Source: Bacteroidota bacterium | GTDB lineage: Bacteria > Bacteroidota > Ignavibacteria > Kryptoniales > JAKASW01 | Reading direction: 5' to 3' | Assembly (NCBI GenBank): GCA_021845665.1 | Contig: JAJZVO010000005.1 | Coordinates: forward strand, 17,422 to 81,421 | Length of the DNA: 64,000 nt | Shown: positions 1-8,797 of the stretch, one piece after another | Numbering within the stretch: position 1 is the stretch's first letter | Layout of the letters: the number at the start of each line of letters is the position of its first letter | Notes under the pieces: model-generated | Told to the model about the DNA's origin: nothing | Database searches by the model: none | Seen by the model: only the letters and a program-made list of their open reading frames with translations | Position numbers and translations under genes: made by a program

Positions 1-833
1 CACGTGCTATCCGGCCCAGGGACAACTGCGGATGAGTGATTCGGGGAGGGAAAAGACGACATCGCTCTCTCTGTGGAATGACCGTTGAAGAAGTCGCCGA
101 GGTTCTGCCAGGAGGTCGAGTCGGATGTAAGCGTGCGGCTTCGGAAGATTCTCTGACCGGCATAGACGTTTATTGCGAAGCAGTAATAATAGTAGCCGTC
201 GTGTTTCCACATCACCGGCCCTTCGGCCCAGCTGTAAGGATGAACGGGCGCCGGATTCAGCCAGCAGAGGTTGTAGATCGCTCCAGCCGGTTGACCGTCC
301 GGTCCAAGCTGCAGTATCCAATTATTCGACTGTCCGTTCTTAACGAGAAGGTACCACTTATGTCCGTCGATAAATATCGAGTTGTCCATGCCGAGTCCCG
401 GCACGCTCTTCGGACAGTTCATCTCGACAGGTTCGCTCCAGGGTCCCTCCGGCCTCTGAGCGCTGACGAAATACATTTTTGAGGCGTGCCCGAAAAAGTC
501 CCAGTATTTGTTTTCGTAATAAACCAGGTCGCCCCCCCAGCATCCGTCGGTCGGTGTCCATTCAAAACCTTTCCAAGAGTTCGGGACGGGGTGACATATC
601 GGTTCCCAGTGAACGAGGTCTGTCGAGCGATAAATTGTCGGAGAAGTGCTGAACGACGAGCCTGTGGTGTAATAATACTTGCCGACCTTAGTCAGCGTGC
701 AGTCGGGATGGTCGCCGGGGAAGACCGGATTAGTATAAGTCCTGCCTGAAGGAGCCTCCGGCAACGACGGAGATCGACCGAACGCCACGGCGGATAGAAA
801 CAGAACAAAGCCGAGAAGCACGACGATTCTCAT
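1..833 (-). CDS. Glycoside hydrolase family 43 (beta-xylosidase/alpha-L-arabinofuranosidase-like), N-terminal part only; the gene runs off the left edge
   Basis: Absent from the supplied ORF track because it has no stop inside the window. The reverse complement from ATG 833-831 reads MRIVVLLGFVLFLSAVAFG (signal peptide), then NPVFPGDHPDCTLTKVGKYYYTTGSSF..STDLVHWEPI..WGGDLVYYENKYW, and stays open to position 1. This is the GH43 N-terminal signature. Confidence 0.75.
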   Translation of the reverse strand, partial: MRIVVLLGFVLFLSAVAFGRSPSLPEAPSGRTYTNPVFPGDHPDCTLTKVGKYYYTTGSSFSTSPTIYRSTDLVHWEPICHPVPNSWKGFEWTPTDGCWGGDLVYYENKYWDFFGHASKMYFVSAQRPEGPWSEPVEMNCPKSVPGLGMDNSIFIDGHKWYLLVKNGQSNNWILQLGPDGQPAGAIYNLCWLNPAPVHPYSWAEGPVMWKHDGYYYYCFAINVYAGQRIFRSRTLTSDSTSWQNLGDFFNGHSTERAMSSFPSPNHSSAVVPGPDST

Positions 834-1028
834 TGGCCTTCCTTTCCAGATGTGATAATGAAGAAACGGAAGAGAAGTTCAAACGACATTTTCTCACCGT
901 CTCTCTCACTGTAAATTCGGCTCCCATCCTCGTAAATGCAAAAAGCATCGGGCGCTGAATGTTCCGGAATCACATTCTCGTTGTCCGTGTTCCATTCTCC
1001 ATTAATGATCGACGCGAAAACTCCACCG

Positions 1029-4000
1029 TCATCTTTCGTTCATCACGTCCCTGTGAAAACTCTCCGGTGGACCAAGATAGCTCTTTCTCATGTTGACGAA
1101 CCGCATGAAAGGTCTCTTGCCATTGGCGGGCTTCGGTTTCGGATGAGGCTGCGGCCCGCATTTCACAACGATCTTTTCCAGCACAAGGCCGGGATTGACC
1201 ATCCAGATCTTGAGAGTATGATAGCCAGGCTTCGCCAGCTTGAGGGATGTATCGCTGTAACGGGCGTTGTCCATAACCGACAGAGCCCAATTGAAGTTGA
1301 AACCCCAACTGTTGTAATTCTTCGGAACGACGGTTACGATCTTCGGCGGCTGGTTATCGAATGCGATGGCATACTTGAGTCCGTGCGCCGGATTGAAATT
1401 GAGCGAAGGGCCGAAAATCCCTTCCACGTTCACCTTGCCCGAATCGAACAGGTACATCCTGTATTCCAGACAGGGAGCGTTCTTGCCGGGGACTGCGGCC
1501 GGGTAATCGACAGGCGACGTCGCTCTCATTCCGGAGAGCGTGCGCCCGTAGTCCTGGACGTTAATCCAGCGATTCTTTCCCTGACCGGTAAGCGCAGTAT
1601 AGTGCGCCGCTTCGATCGACACGAAGCCATCTCCCTCGACAAAACCCTTGACATCGTTTCTCTTCGGGTATGACGGATCGCTCACTTTTGCATAAACGAT
1701 GACGCTATTTCGGGTCCCGCTTTGTGTGATCTCGATGGGCACCGTATGTGTCCCCTCCGGCGCTTTCTTCCAGTCGACGGTTACGTGGACACGGCGCTGG
1801 CCCGTCACTTCCCCATCCTCAGCAGAGATTTTCACATAGGGCTCGCCGGATCGTATCGTGTAGTGAAACGGAACCTTCCCTCGATTGAATACGTCGATGT
1901 GGTAGGTCTGCCGGTTAAACGGATCGAATTGGGGAAGTACCGGTTTGGCTTGCGGCGTTGGCGTTCCGCTGTCCACTCCAGGCCACGCGTCGCCCGATCC
2001 CTGGATCGCTACTCCCATCAGAGCCGAATCCGGCGGGTTCACCTTTACAAGGTGAATCGCCCGAAGGCTGTTCTCACGAGGCTGGTTCCAGCTCGTGTAG
2101 CCGAGCACCGGCTGGTCCATGAAGCCATGCCACTCGCCATGAGCCAGGGTGTCGTTGAAATAGTTGATCAGGCTCATTTCCTTATCGAACAGCTGGTGCG
2201 TTCTCGATGCCATGTCGTCAGCCGTCGCGCGGCCCTGTTTGGCATAGAGTTCGTTCCTCCCTGCCGCATAGTAAAGATCGTTCAGTATGCAGCTCGCTTT
2301 GGTCGGGAAAAGTACCGTCTCGTAAAATGCGTCTCTCTCATCCGCAGGAAGCTCTGCGTAGGTCTTCTCGGCCTCTTTCGTCAGAGCCTTGTAGTCCCTG
2401 ACCACATTCTCAGCTTCGTTGTAATTTACGATGCTATAGGTTGTGGGACTCAGGAGCTCCGGTTTCTTACGCGCGTTGTACTTGCTGTACATCATCAGTA
2501 TGTGTGCAATCTCGTTCTCGTACCTGGGGCCAAACTGCTGCCTCGCCCACAAGCGTGCGAACTCGACTATGTTGCTGTTCGTCCACCTCTTTGCATCCCA
2601 GGCAAGATTCATGAAGTACGAGATCGGGAGTGAGTAACCTTTCAGATGACCAACATTTACGATCCAGATCCTGTTAGCGCCGTACTCGTTCGCGAGCGTC
2701 ATCTGATCCCATATCTTCGGAAGCGCGTTTGTGTTGATCCATTCGTAGCATCTCGGTCCGCCGTGAAGATCGAAGTGATAATAGATGCCTGCCCCGCCGC
2801 TCCATTTTCTCTCCGCCGGTGTCGGAAGCCTTCGCAGGTCTCCATAGTTGTCGTCCGGCCAGAGTATCGTCACATAACTCGGCACGCGGAACCCGGCGTT
2901 GAAATAACTCAGCACTTCATCGTACGGGCACCATAACTGGGGAATCTTTGCGGGATCAGGATTCATTTCGTCCGCGAGGATCCCTTCCTGCACCCTTACA
3001 ATCTTTCCGAGGAGGGTCGTGTCCTGTTTGAGCGTTCCTCCTGGAATCATCGGCGTATCGTTCTCGCCGCGAAGTCCGATTGTCACGATCTCCCGGTAAT
3101 TCTTATTCCGCTCTATCCCAGCCTTCCAGAAGTCCGTGAGCGTATCGGGATATTTCGCAAAATTCCAATTCCCGAGAGTCTTCATGTACCGCCTGTCCCA
3201 CTCCTTCTGTGCCCGCATCATGGGTTCCTGGTGAGACGTTCCCATGTAAATGCCGTACTTGTTCGCCAAGACCGGGTTCAGGGAATCGTCCTCGTTGAAG
3301 GCGTTGTTCCACATAGCGGGCCAAAGGTAGTTCGCCTTCAACCGCAGCAACAGGTCGAAAACATGCTCGTAGAACTTGTGACCGTAGTTCGCAACTCCCG
3401 GCGGTATCGGAGGGTTCTTGCTCGGCTTGACAAATCCGTAACGGTGAATAACCCAGTTCGTCAGATCGGGGGCCTCGTCGTTCAGGAATATTCCCCGGAA
3501 TTTCACTGTAGGCGGACCTTCCTCGAAAGTTCCAGGCTTCACATACAGAGCGGCGTGATGCTGAGGTGGAACGTTGTCCCACCAGTACCACGGCGAAACT
3601 CCGATCTTCTCGGACACATCATATATACCGTAGATTGTGCCGAGCATGTCGCTTCCGACAATTACAAGCGCCCGATCGACTCCGGGAAAAGGACGGTTGA
3701 CAACTTCTATTATGAACGACTCCCATTTCCCATCGATCTGACGAACGTTAATCTTCCTGTTTTTTATCAGTTCGTCAATCAGACTGCTTTTGCTTATCGT
3801 GCCTGCAACGACAATCTCCTTCGCCTTGGGCGGGATCCCCGTAGAAAACTGCGGCTCACATCCTGTCACCTTCCTAATATCCGACTGCAGATCCATCAGA
3901 GCGTGCTTGACGCCCCAGTGGTCGTTTTCACTGACACAGAGAGGCGCCGACTTGCCAGATGCGGAGAGTACAAACTCACCCGGTTCCATCTTCGCCGTTA

Positions 4001-4094
4001 TATACGATCTTGCGCCAAGTGCAAAAGAGTTCTTTACAGAGAAAGCAATGATCACAAGGACAATCGAATAGATGAGCCCGACATCTCTTCTCAC
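1029..4094 (-). CDS. GH115 xylan alpha-1,2-glucuronidase, paralog 1
   Basis: Motifs FRGIFLNDEAPDLTNWV, LRLKANYLWPAMWNNAF, GIYMGTSHQEPMMR and GGAGIYYHFDLHGGPR. The track ORF extends to 4295, but a signal peptide (V/M)RRDVGLIYSIVLVIIAFSVKNSFA follows an in-frame GTG at 4094 and aligns with the N-terminus of paralog 2. The start is uncertain. Confidence 0.85.
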   Translation of the reverse strand: MRRDVGLIYSIVLVIIAFSVKNSFALGARSYITAKMEPGEFVLSASGKSAPLCVSENDHWGVKHALMDLQSDIRKVTGCEPQFSTGIPPKAKEIVVAGTISKSSLIDELIKNRKINVRQIDGKWESFIIEVVNRPFPGVDRALVIVGSDMLGTIYGIYDVSEKIGVSPWYWWDNVPPQHHAALYVKPGTFEEGPPTVKFRGIFLNDEAPDLTNWVIHRYGFVKPSKNPPIPPGVANYGHKFYEHVFDLLLRLKANYLWPAMWNNAFNEDDSLNPVLANKYGIYMGTSHQEPMMRAQKEWDRRYMKTLGNWNFAKYPDTLTDFWKAGIERNKNYREIVTIGLRGENDTPMIPGGTLKQDTTLLGKIVRVQEGILADEMNPDPAKIPQLWCPYDEVLSYFNAGFRVPSYVTILWPDDNYGDLRRLPTPAERKWSGGAGIYYHFDLHGGPRCYEWINTNALPKIWDQMTLANEYGANRIWIVNVGHLKGYSLPISYFMNLAWDAKRWTNSNIVEFARLWARQQFGPRYENEIAHILMMYSKYNARKKPELLSPTTYSIVNYNEAENVVRDYKALTKEAEKTYAELPADERDAFYETVLFPTKASCILNDLYYAAGRNELYAKQGRATADDMASRTHQLFDKEMSLINYFNDTLAHGEWHGFMDQPVLGYTSWNQPRENSLRAIHLVKVNPPDSALMGVAIQGSGDAWPGVDSGTPTPQAKPVLPQFDPFNRQTYHIDVFNRGKVPFHYTIRSGEPYVKISAEDGEVTGQRRVHVTVDWKKAPEGTHTVPIEITQSGTRNSVIVYAKVSDPSYPKRNDVKGFVEGDGFVSIEAAHYTALTGQGKNRWINVQDYGRTLSGMRATSPVDYPAAVPGKNAPCLEYRMYLFDSGKVNVEGIFGPSLNFNPAHGLKYAIAFDNQPPKIVTVVPKNYNSWGFNFNWALSVMDNARYSDTSLKLAKPGYHTLKIWMVNPGLVLEKIVVKCGPQPHPKPKPANGKRPFMRFVNMRKSYLGPPESFHRDVMNER

Positions 4095-4298
4095 GAATCC
4101 GAGCGGACGCAAGCATCGCCACCTCTCTGTGTTTCTCTGTGCTCCCCCGGTGAATCTCCCGATGGGTCCTTCGAACTGTGCAATTGTTGTCTTCTTACAC
4201 CGGGTCAGCCGGAAATCCGCGGATTTCCACGGCGAATCCGTTCTGAGCTCCCCATTGTCCGCCTTCGTCGCTCTTTCCATCGCGCAAGTTCTCAAATC

Positions 4299-7295
4299 TC
4301 ATCTCTCATTTCTGACATCACGGTGAAAACTCTCCGGCGGACCGAGATAGCTCTTCCTCACTCCACCGGCGTTAACCACAATTTTCTCGAGCACAACGCC
4401 CGGGTCGACCATCCAGATCTTCAGAGTGTGATATCCCGGTTTGTCGATTGTGAATGAAGTAAAACTCTTTCTGACATTGTCCTCGACCGTCTTGTTCCAG
4501 TCGGCTCCCGAGCCGGCGTCATAATCGGCGGGGACGAGCGTGACGGTTTTGGGAGTGCCGTTGTCGATGGAAATCGCATACTGAAGTTCGCGGCCCGGCA
4601 TAAAATTGAGAGTCGGGCTGAAAATTCCTTCCACACCGACCTTACCCGCTTTAAGCAAAAACATTCTATACTCGATGCATGGAGAATCTTTTCCCGGCAC
4701 CGCAGGCGGCGCATCGACCGGCGATATCGCTCGCATACCTGAATGCGTGTTTCCATAACCCTGGATATTTATCCACCGGTTTTTGCCGGCATCGGTGAGC
4801 CTGGAATAATGGGCCGCTTCAATTGAGACGCATCCGTCCTCTTCAACAAAACCTCTCAGCGTGTTCCGGGTAACCGCGGCAGGATTCATTACGTTTACCC
4901 TGACCGGCACTTCCTCATTGGTTCCGCGGATCGTAACGGTACCTTGCGATGAACCTTCAGGGACCCTGCCCCAATCTATTGCCACCACTATACGGACTTG
5001 TCCTCGGACCTCTCCCTTAGGATGAGTAACCGTTATCCACGGTTTGTCGGCGACGGCGGTATACTCGAAAGGCTTTTTACCTTTGTTGAACACTTCTATA
5101 TAATGATGAGTCTCGTTGAACGGATCGAAACCCGGGAGGACGGGCTCAGCGGCCGGTCCCGGCCATGCCGATTCGGAACCGTCGATGGCAACTCCCATCG
5201 ATGCGGCATCAGAAACGGTGATATCCTTGAGGTCGACCGCATCGAGATTGTTCTCGCGCGGCTGATTCCAGCCGGTGTACCCGATGAACGGCTGGTCCAT
5301 GAAACCGTCCCATTTCGCGTGATCGAAAGTATGATTGAAATATCCCATCAGGCTCGTGTCGGCGGCGAACAGCTCGCGGGTCTTCGCAGCCATCTCGTTG
5401 GTAGTCGCACGGTCCTGACTGGCGTATAGCTCGTTCCGGCCCGCTGCGTAGTACATGTCGTTCAGGATGTACGATGCCTTCGTCGGGAAGAGGACGAGCT
5501 CATAGAATGCCTTCCGCTCGCCGGAAGGGATTTTCCTGTAAATGTTTTCGGCCTCGTCCGTGATCTTTTTGAAATTGCCGATTACATTTGCCGCTTCGTG
5601 GTAGTTGACGATACTGTAAGTCGTGGGGCTGAGAAGTTCAGGTTTGCGTCTGCTGTTGTATTTCGAATATTTAAGGAGGATATTCGCGATCTGACCGGCG
5701 TATTTCTCACCAAACTGCTGCCTCGCCCACATGCGGGCATACTCGTCGATATTGTTATTCGTCCACCGGTTCGTGTTCCATGCGAGGTCCATGAAATATG
5801 AAATGGGCAGCTCATATCCTTTCAGATGTCCGACGTTGACGATCCAGATTCGGTCGGCGCCGTATTCTTTCGCGAGAGACATCTGATCCCATATTTTGGG
5901 AAGGGCATTCGTGTTGATCCACTGGTAGTTTCTCGGCCCGCCGTGATAATCGAAATGATAGTAGATTCCCGCTCCGCCGCTCCGTTTTCTTTCGGTCGCA
6001 TCGGGAAGGCGGCGGAGGTTTCCGTAATTGTCGTCGGTCCAGAGAATCGTGACGTAGTCCGGGACGCGGAAGCCGGCGTTGTAGTAACTCAGGACTTCTT
6101 TATAAGGACACCAGAGTTGGGGGATCTTTGCGACTTCCGGGTTCATCTCATCTGCCAGTATCTTCTCCTGAACCCTGACGATCTTACCGAGAAGAGTAGT
6201 GTCCTGCGTCAGCGTACCGCCGGGAATCATAGGAGAGTCGTTCTCGCCCCTGAGTCCGATCGTCACGATCTCGCTGTAGTTTCTATTCCGCTCTATGCCG
6301 CGCTTCCAGAAGTTTATGAGCGTGTCGGGATACTTTGCGAAGTTCCAGGGTCCGAGCGTTCTCATATACCGCCTGTCCCATTCCTTCTGCGCACGCATCA
6401 TCGGCTCCTGGTGAGATGTGCCCATGTAGATGCCGTACTTGTTTGCCATGACGGGATTCAGAGTGTCGTCCTCGTTGAAGGCGTTGTTCCACATTGCCGG
6501 CCAGAGGTAATTGGCTTTCAAACGGAGAAGAAGATCGAAGACTCTTTCGTAGAACCTGTGACCGTAGTTCGCTACCCCCTGCGGCACGGGCGGGTGAACG
6601 CTCTGTTTCGCGAAACCGTAGCGATGGATAACCCAGTTCGTCAGGTCGGGCCACTCGTCGTTCAGGAAAATGCCGCGATACTTGACTGAAGGGGGGCCCT
6701 CTTCGAAAGTCCCGGGCTTAACGTAAAGAGCGTCATGGTGTTTCGGCGGGACATCTGCCCACCAGCACCATGGCGAGACTCCGATTTTTTCAGACACGTC
6801 ATAGATGCCGTAGATGGTTCCGAGTTTATCGCTTCCGGCGATCACCAGCGCACGCGCAATGCCAGGGAAGGGCCTGTCGACAACTTTTACTATGAACGAC
6901 TCCCATTTCCCGTCGATTTCCCCTACGTCGATTTTCCTTTGATCGATCAGCCTGGTTATGAGCGGACTTTTGCCGATCGTACCTGCGACGACAATGTCGT
7001 TCGCCGATGGAAGTTTAGCCGTCGAGAGTCCGGGCTTCGCGCCCGTCACTTTAGCGATGTCGGACTGCAGATCGGTAAGCGCATGAATGACTCCCCAGTA
7101 ATCATCCGGGCTCGCATAAAGCGGCGCCGATTTACCCGAAGCTGAGAGTACAAATTCGCCGGGCTCATTCCGTGTAGTGATGTAGCTCTTCGCGCCCAAA
7201 GCAAACGAGTGAAGGGGGAAAGAGAGGATTATCGCGACGGTGATGACGGACGAAGAAGAAGAAAAGACATTCTGAATTTTCATTTTCGTGCTCAA
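4299..7295 (-). CDS. GH115 xylan alpha-1,2-glucuronidase, paralog 2
   Basis: 998 aa, colinear with paralog 1 and carrying the same motifs. Signal peptide VITVAIILSFPLHSFA. The C-terminal tail RKSYLGPPESFHRDVRNER is nearly identical to that of paralog 1. Confidence 0.9.
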   Translation of the reverse strand: MSTKMKIQNVFSSSSSVITVAIILSFPLHSFALGAKSYITTRNEPGEFVLSASGKSAPLYASPDDYWGVIHALTDLQSDIAKVTGAKPGLSTAKLPSANDIVVAGTIGKSPLITRLIDQRKIDVGEIDGKWESFIVKVVDRPFPGIARALVIAGSDKLGTIYGIYDVSEKIGVSPWCWWADVPPKHHDALYVKPGTFEEGPPSVKYRGIFLNDEWPDLTNWVIHRYGFAKQSVHPPVPQGVANYGHRFYERVFDLLLRLKANYLWPAMWNNAFNEDDTLNPVMANKYGIYMGTSHQEPMMRAQKEWDRRYMRTLGPWNFAKYPDTLINFWKRGIERNRNYSEIVTIGLRGENDSPMIPGGTLTQDTTLLGKIVRVQEKILADEMNPEVAKIPQLWCPYKEVLSYYNAGFRVPDYVTILWTDDNYGNLRRLPDATERKRSGGAGIYYHFDYHGGPRNYQWINTNALPKIWDQMSLAKEYGADRIWIVNVGHLKGYELPISYFMDLAWNTNRWTNNNIDEYARMWARQQFGEKYAGQIANILLKYSKYNSRRKPELLSPTTYSIVNYHEAANVIGNFKKITDEAENIYRKIPSGERKAFYELVLFPTKASYILNDMYYAAGRNELYASQDRATTNEMAAKTRELFAADTSLMGYFNHTFDHAKWDGFMDQPFIGYTGWNQPRENNLDAVDLKDITVSDAASMGVAIDGSESAWPGPAAEPVLPGFDPFNETHHYIEVFNKGKKPFEYTAVADKPWITVTHPKGEVRGQVRIVVAIDWGRVPEGSSQGTVTIRGTNEEVPVRVNVMNPAAVTRNTLRGFVEEDGCVSIEAAHYSRLTDAGKNRWINIQGYGNTHSGMRAISPVDAPPAVPGKDSPCIEYRMFLLKAGKVGVEGIFSPTLNFMPGRELQYAISIDNGTPKTVTLVPADYDAGSGADWNKTVEDNVRKSFTSFTIDKPGYHTLKIWMVDPGVVLEKIVVNAGGVRKSYLGPPESFHRDVRNER

Positions 7296-7401
7296 CTCGT
7301 TTACCTGAATTCAATAACGGGAGAATATGTCAGCTACAGCGTGTACCATCATTTTAATTTTCCAAGATTTCCTTTGCCGCGATGCTTCTTTCAATTTTGG
7401 A

Positions 7402-8676
7402 CTATTTCATCTTGTCACCTGGCAAGTATATTCTGAAATTCCCGCTGACCTGGAGCATGCCGAGCATGTAAAGCATACCGTCGTAGTAACGGTAATAACC
7501 AGACGGCACAGGTGCGTCCCACAAAGCTTTCACAAAGTCCTTCCGGTCTTTGTTCGTAGACGCCAGCGCGGCAACTGCGTTCATAGACACGAGACCGGTG
7601 CTGTGATCCTTCCCAAGCTCCTTGCCTTCAAGAGTGTACTGGTTTCCGTACGTATCTATTCCATGGCTGCTGAAGAAATGGAGAAGCCTGTTACACTCGG
7701 TGACTTCCCACGGGTCTGCCGCAAACCATTCATGATCGACGGCTACGTTCATTCCGACGCGCCATGCATCGAAGCGGAAATCGTTATGCCCGCCGTACCA
7801 TGATGTGACAGGAGTCCCATTGAAATTGCAGTAGTCAGGGCACAAGCCGGTTTGAGGATTCGCCGCTTTCTTCAGGAGTCCGCGGCTCGAATCGGCGGCT
7901 TCTCGCCAAAAACTATTGTCCCTATCTGCAAATCTCGCCCAGAGGTCATAGAAATGCGGAAGCTGGTACGATGGATCAGTGAACCTGTCGGCGCGTTTCG
8001 CCGGAACGAACACGACGAGCTTCTTCTTTCTGTTGAACATGTCGGTCACTCTTCCGTGATCCGGCTGAGAGTCTTTGCGGAGCATCATGTTGAGAATGTC
8101 CTGCGCCTGCTTCCTGTAATCGTAAATTCCTTTCCCGTTCCCCCATCTCGCGGAAGCGAAGAAGAGCGACATGACAAACCACGACTCGCCGTCCGACGCC
8201 GCATTCGAATCGAGCACGGCTCCGTCCGACTTGCAATGCCATGCGAAGTATCCCTTGTGCGGACCGCTCTTGTTCTGCATGTAAAGCTTCGCCCATTTCC
8301 ATATCCGATCGAATATGTCCTGCCTATTCATCTGAACGGCGATCATCATCCCGTAGGACATACCTTCGGTCCGGACATCGTGGTCGCTGACGTCTTTGAT
8401 ATATCCCATATTTGTCCCCACGGGATAGTAGACCCGCTGCGTTGAATCGTTCCCGAAGAAAAGCTGATGAAACGCAGCGTCAATCTTCCCCTTCACTTCG
8501 CTTTCGCTCTTATGGAGAAGGCTGACAAAAAGATCGGGATACTTCCCGGTAGAAATCGATCCCATGCCCCTGCTGTCGGACAAGACCGACGCGCGCACGG
8601 TTTTGCACATGGAGAAAGAGGCGACGACGATCAAAAGACACAAGGCAAAGTGTTTGGCGAGAGTTTTAGTATTCAT
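7402..8676 (-). CDS. GH8 reducing-end xylose-releasing exo-oligoxylanase (Rex-like)
   Basis: 424 aa with a signal peptide. Motifs DVRTEGMSYGMMIAVQMN, WKWAKLYMQ, GYFAWHCK, SYQLPHFYDLWA, DAWRVGMNVAVDHEWF and YYDGMLYMLGMLQVSGNFRIY closely follow the Rex8A-type GH8 pattern. Confidence 0.88.
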   Translation of the reverse strand: MNTKTLAKHFALCLLIVVASFSMCKTVRASVLSDSRGMGSISTGKYPDLFVSLLHKSESEVKGKIDAAFHQLFFGNDSTQRVYYPVGTNMGYIKDVSDHDVRTEGMSYGMMIAVQMNRQDIFDRIWKWAKLYMQNKSGPHKGYFAWHCKSDGAVLDSNAASDGESWFVMSLFFASARWGNGKGIYDYRKQAQDILNMMLRKDSQPDHGRVTDMFNRKKKLVVFVPAKRADRFTDPSYQLPHFYDLWARFADRDNSFWREAADSSRGLLKKAANPQTGLCPDYCNFNGTPVTSWYGGHNDFRFDAWRVGMNVAVDHEWFAADPWEVTECNRLLHFFSSHGIDTYGNQYTLEGKELGKDHSTGLVSMNAVAALASTNKDRKDFVKALWDAPVPSGYYRYYDGMLYMLGMLQVSGNFRIYLPGDKMK

Positions 8677-8797
8677 GCTTTCGATGTGAAGTACGATAGA
8701 TTTTATTGTTATCCGTGGAGAAGAAAAATCCCACCCCTAAAACGTACACCGGCTCCGGACGGAGCCGAAGCCGGTATACTAACCATAGGGAGGATAC

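Noticed and set aside
4095-4295. 67-aa N-terminal extension of GH115 paralog 1 (MRTCAMERATKADNG...)
   Set aside because: It is hydrophilic and Arg-rich with no counterpart in paralog 2. The signal peptide begins only after the in-frame GTG at 4094.
3231-4457. Long ORFs antisense to confident genes. Examples: 3231-4457(+,408 aa), 936-1673(+), 5826-6689(+), 13123-13998(+), 15865-16425(+), 39286-40191(+,301 aa), 44188-44949(-,253 aa), 47367-48071(-), 49644-50375(-) and 61900-62496(-)
   Set aside because: Each lies fully inside a gene on the opposite strand that has strong family motifs. Their sequences are Arg/Ser/Pro-rich and low in complexity, which is typical of shadow ORFs created by codon bias.
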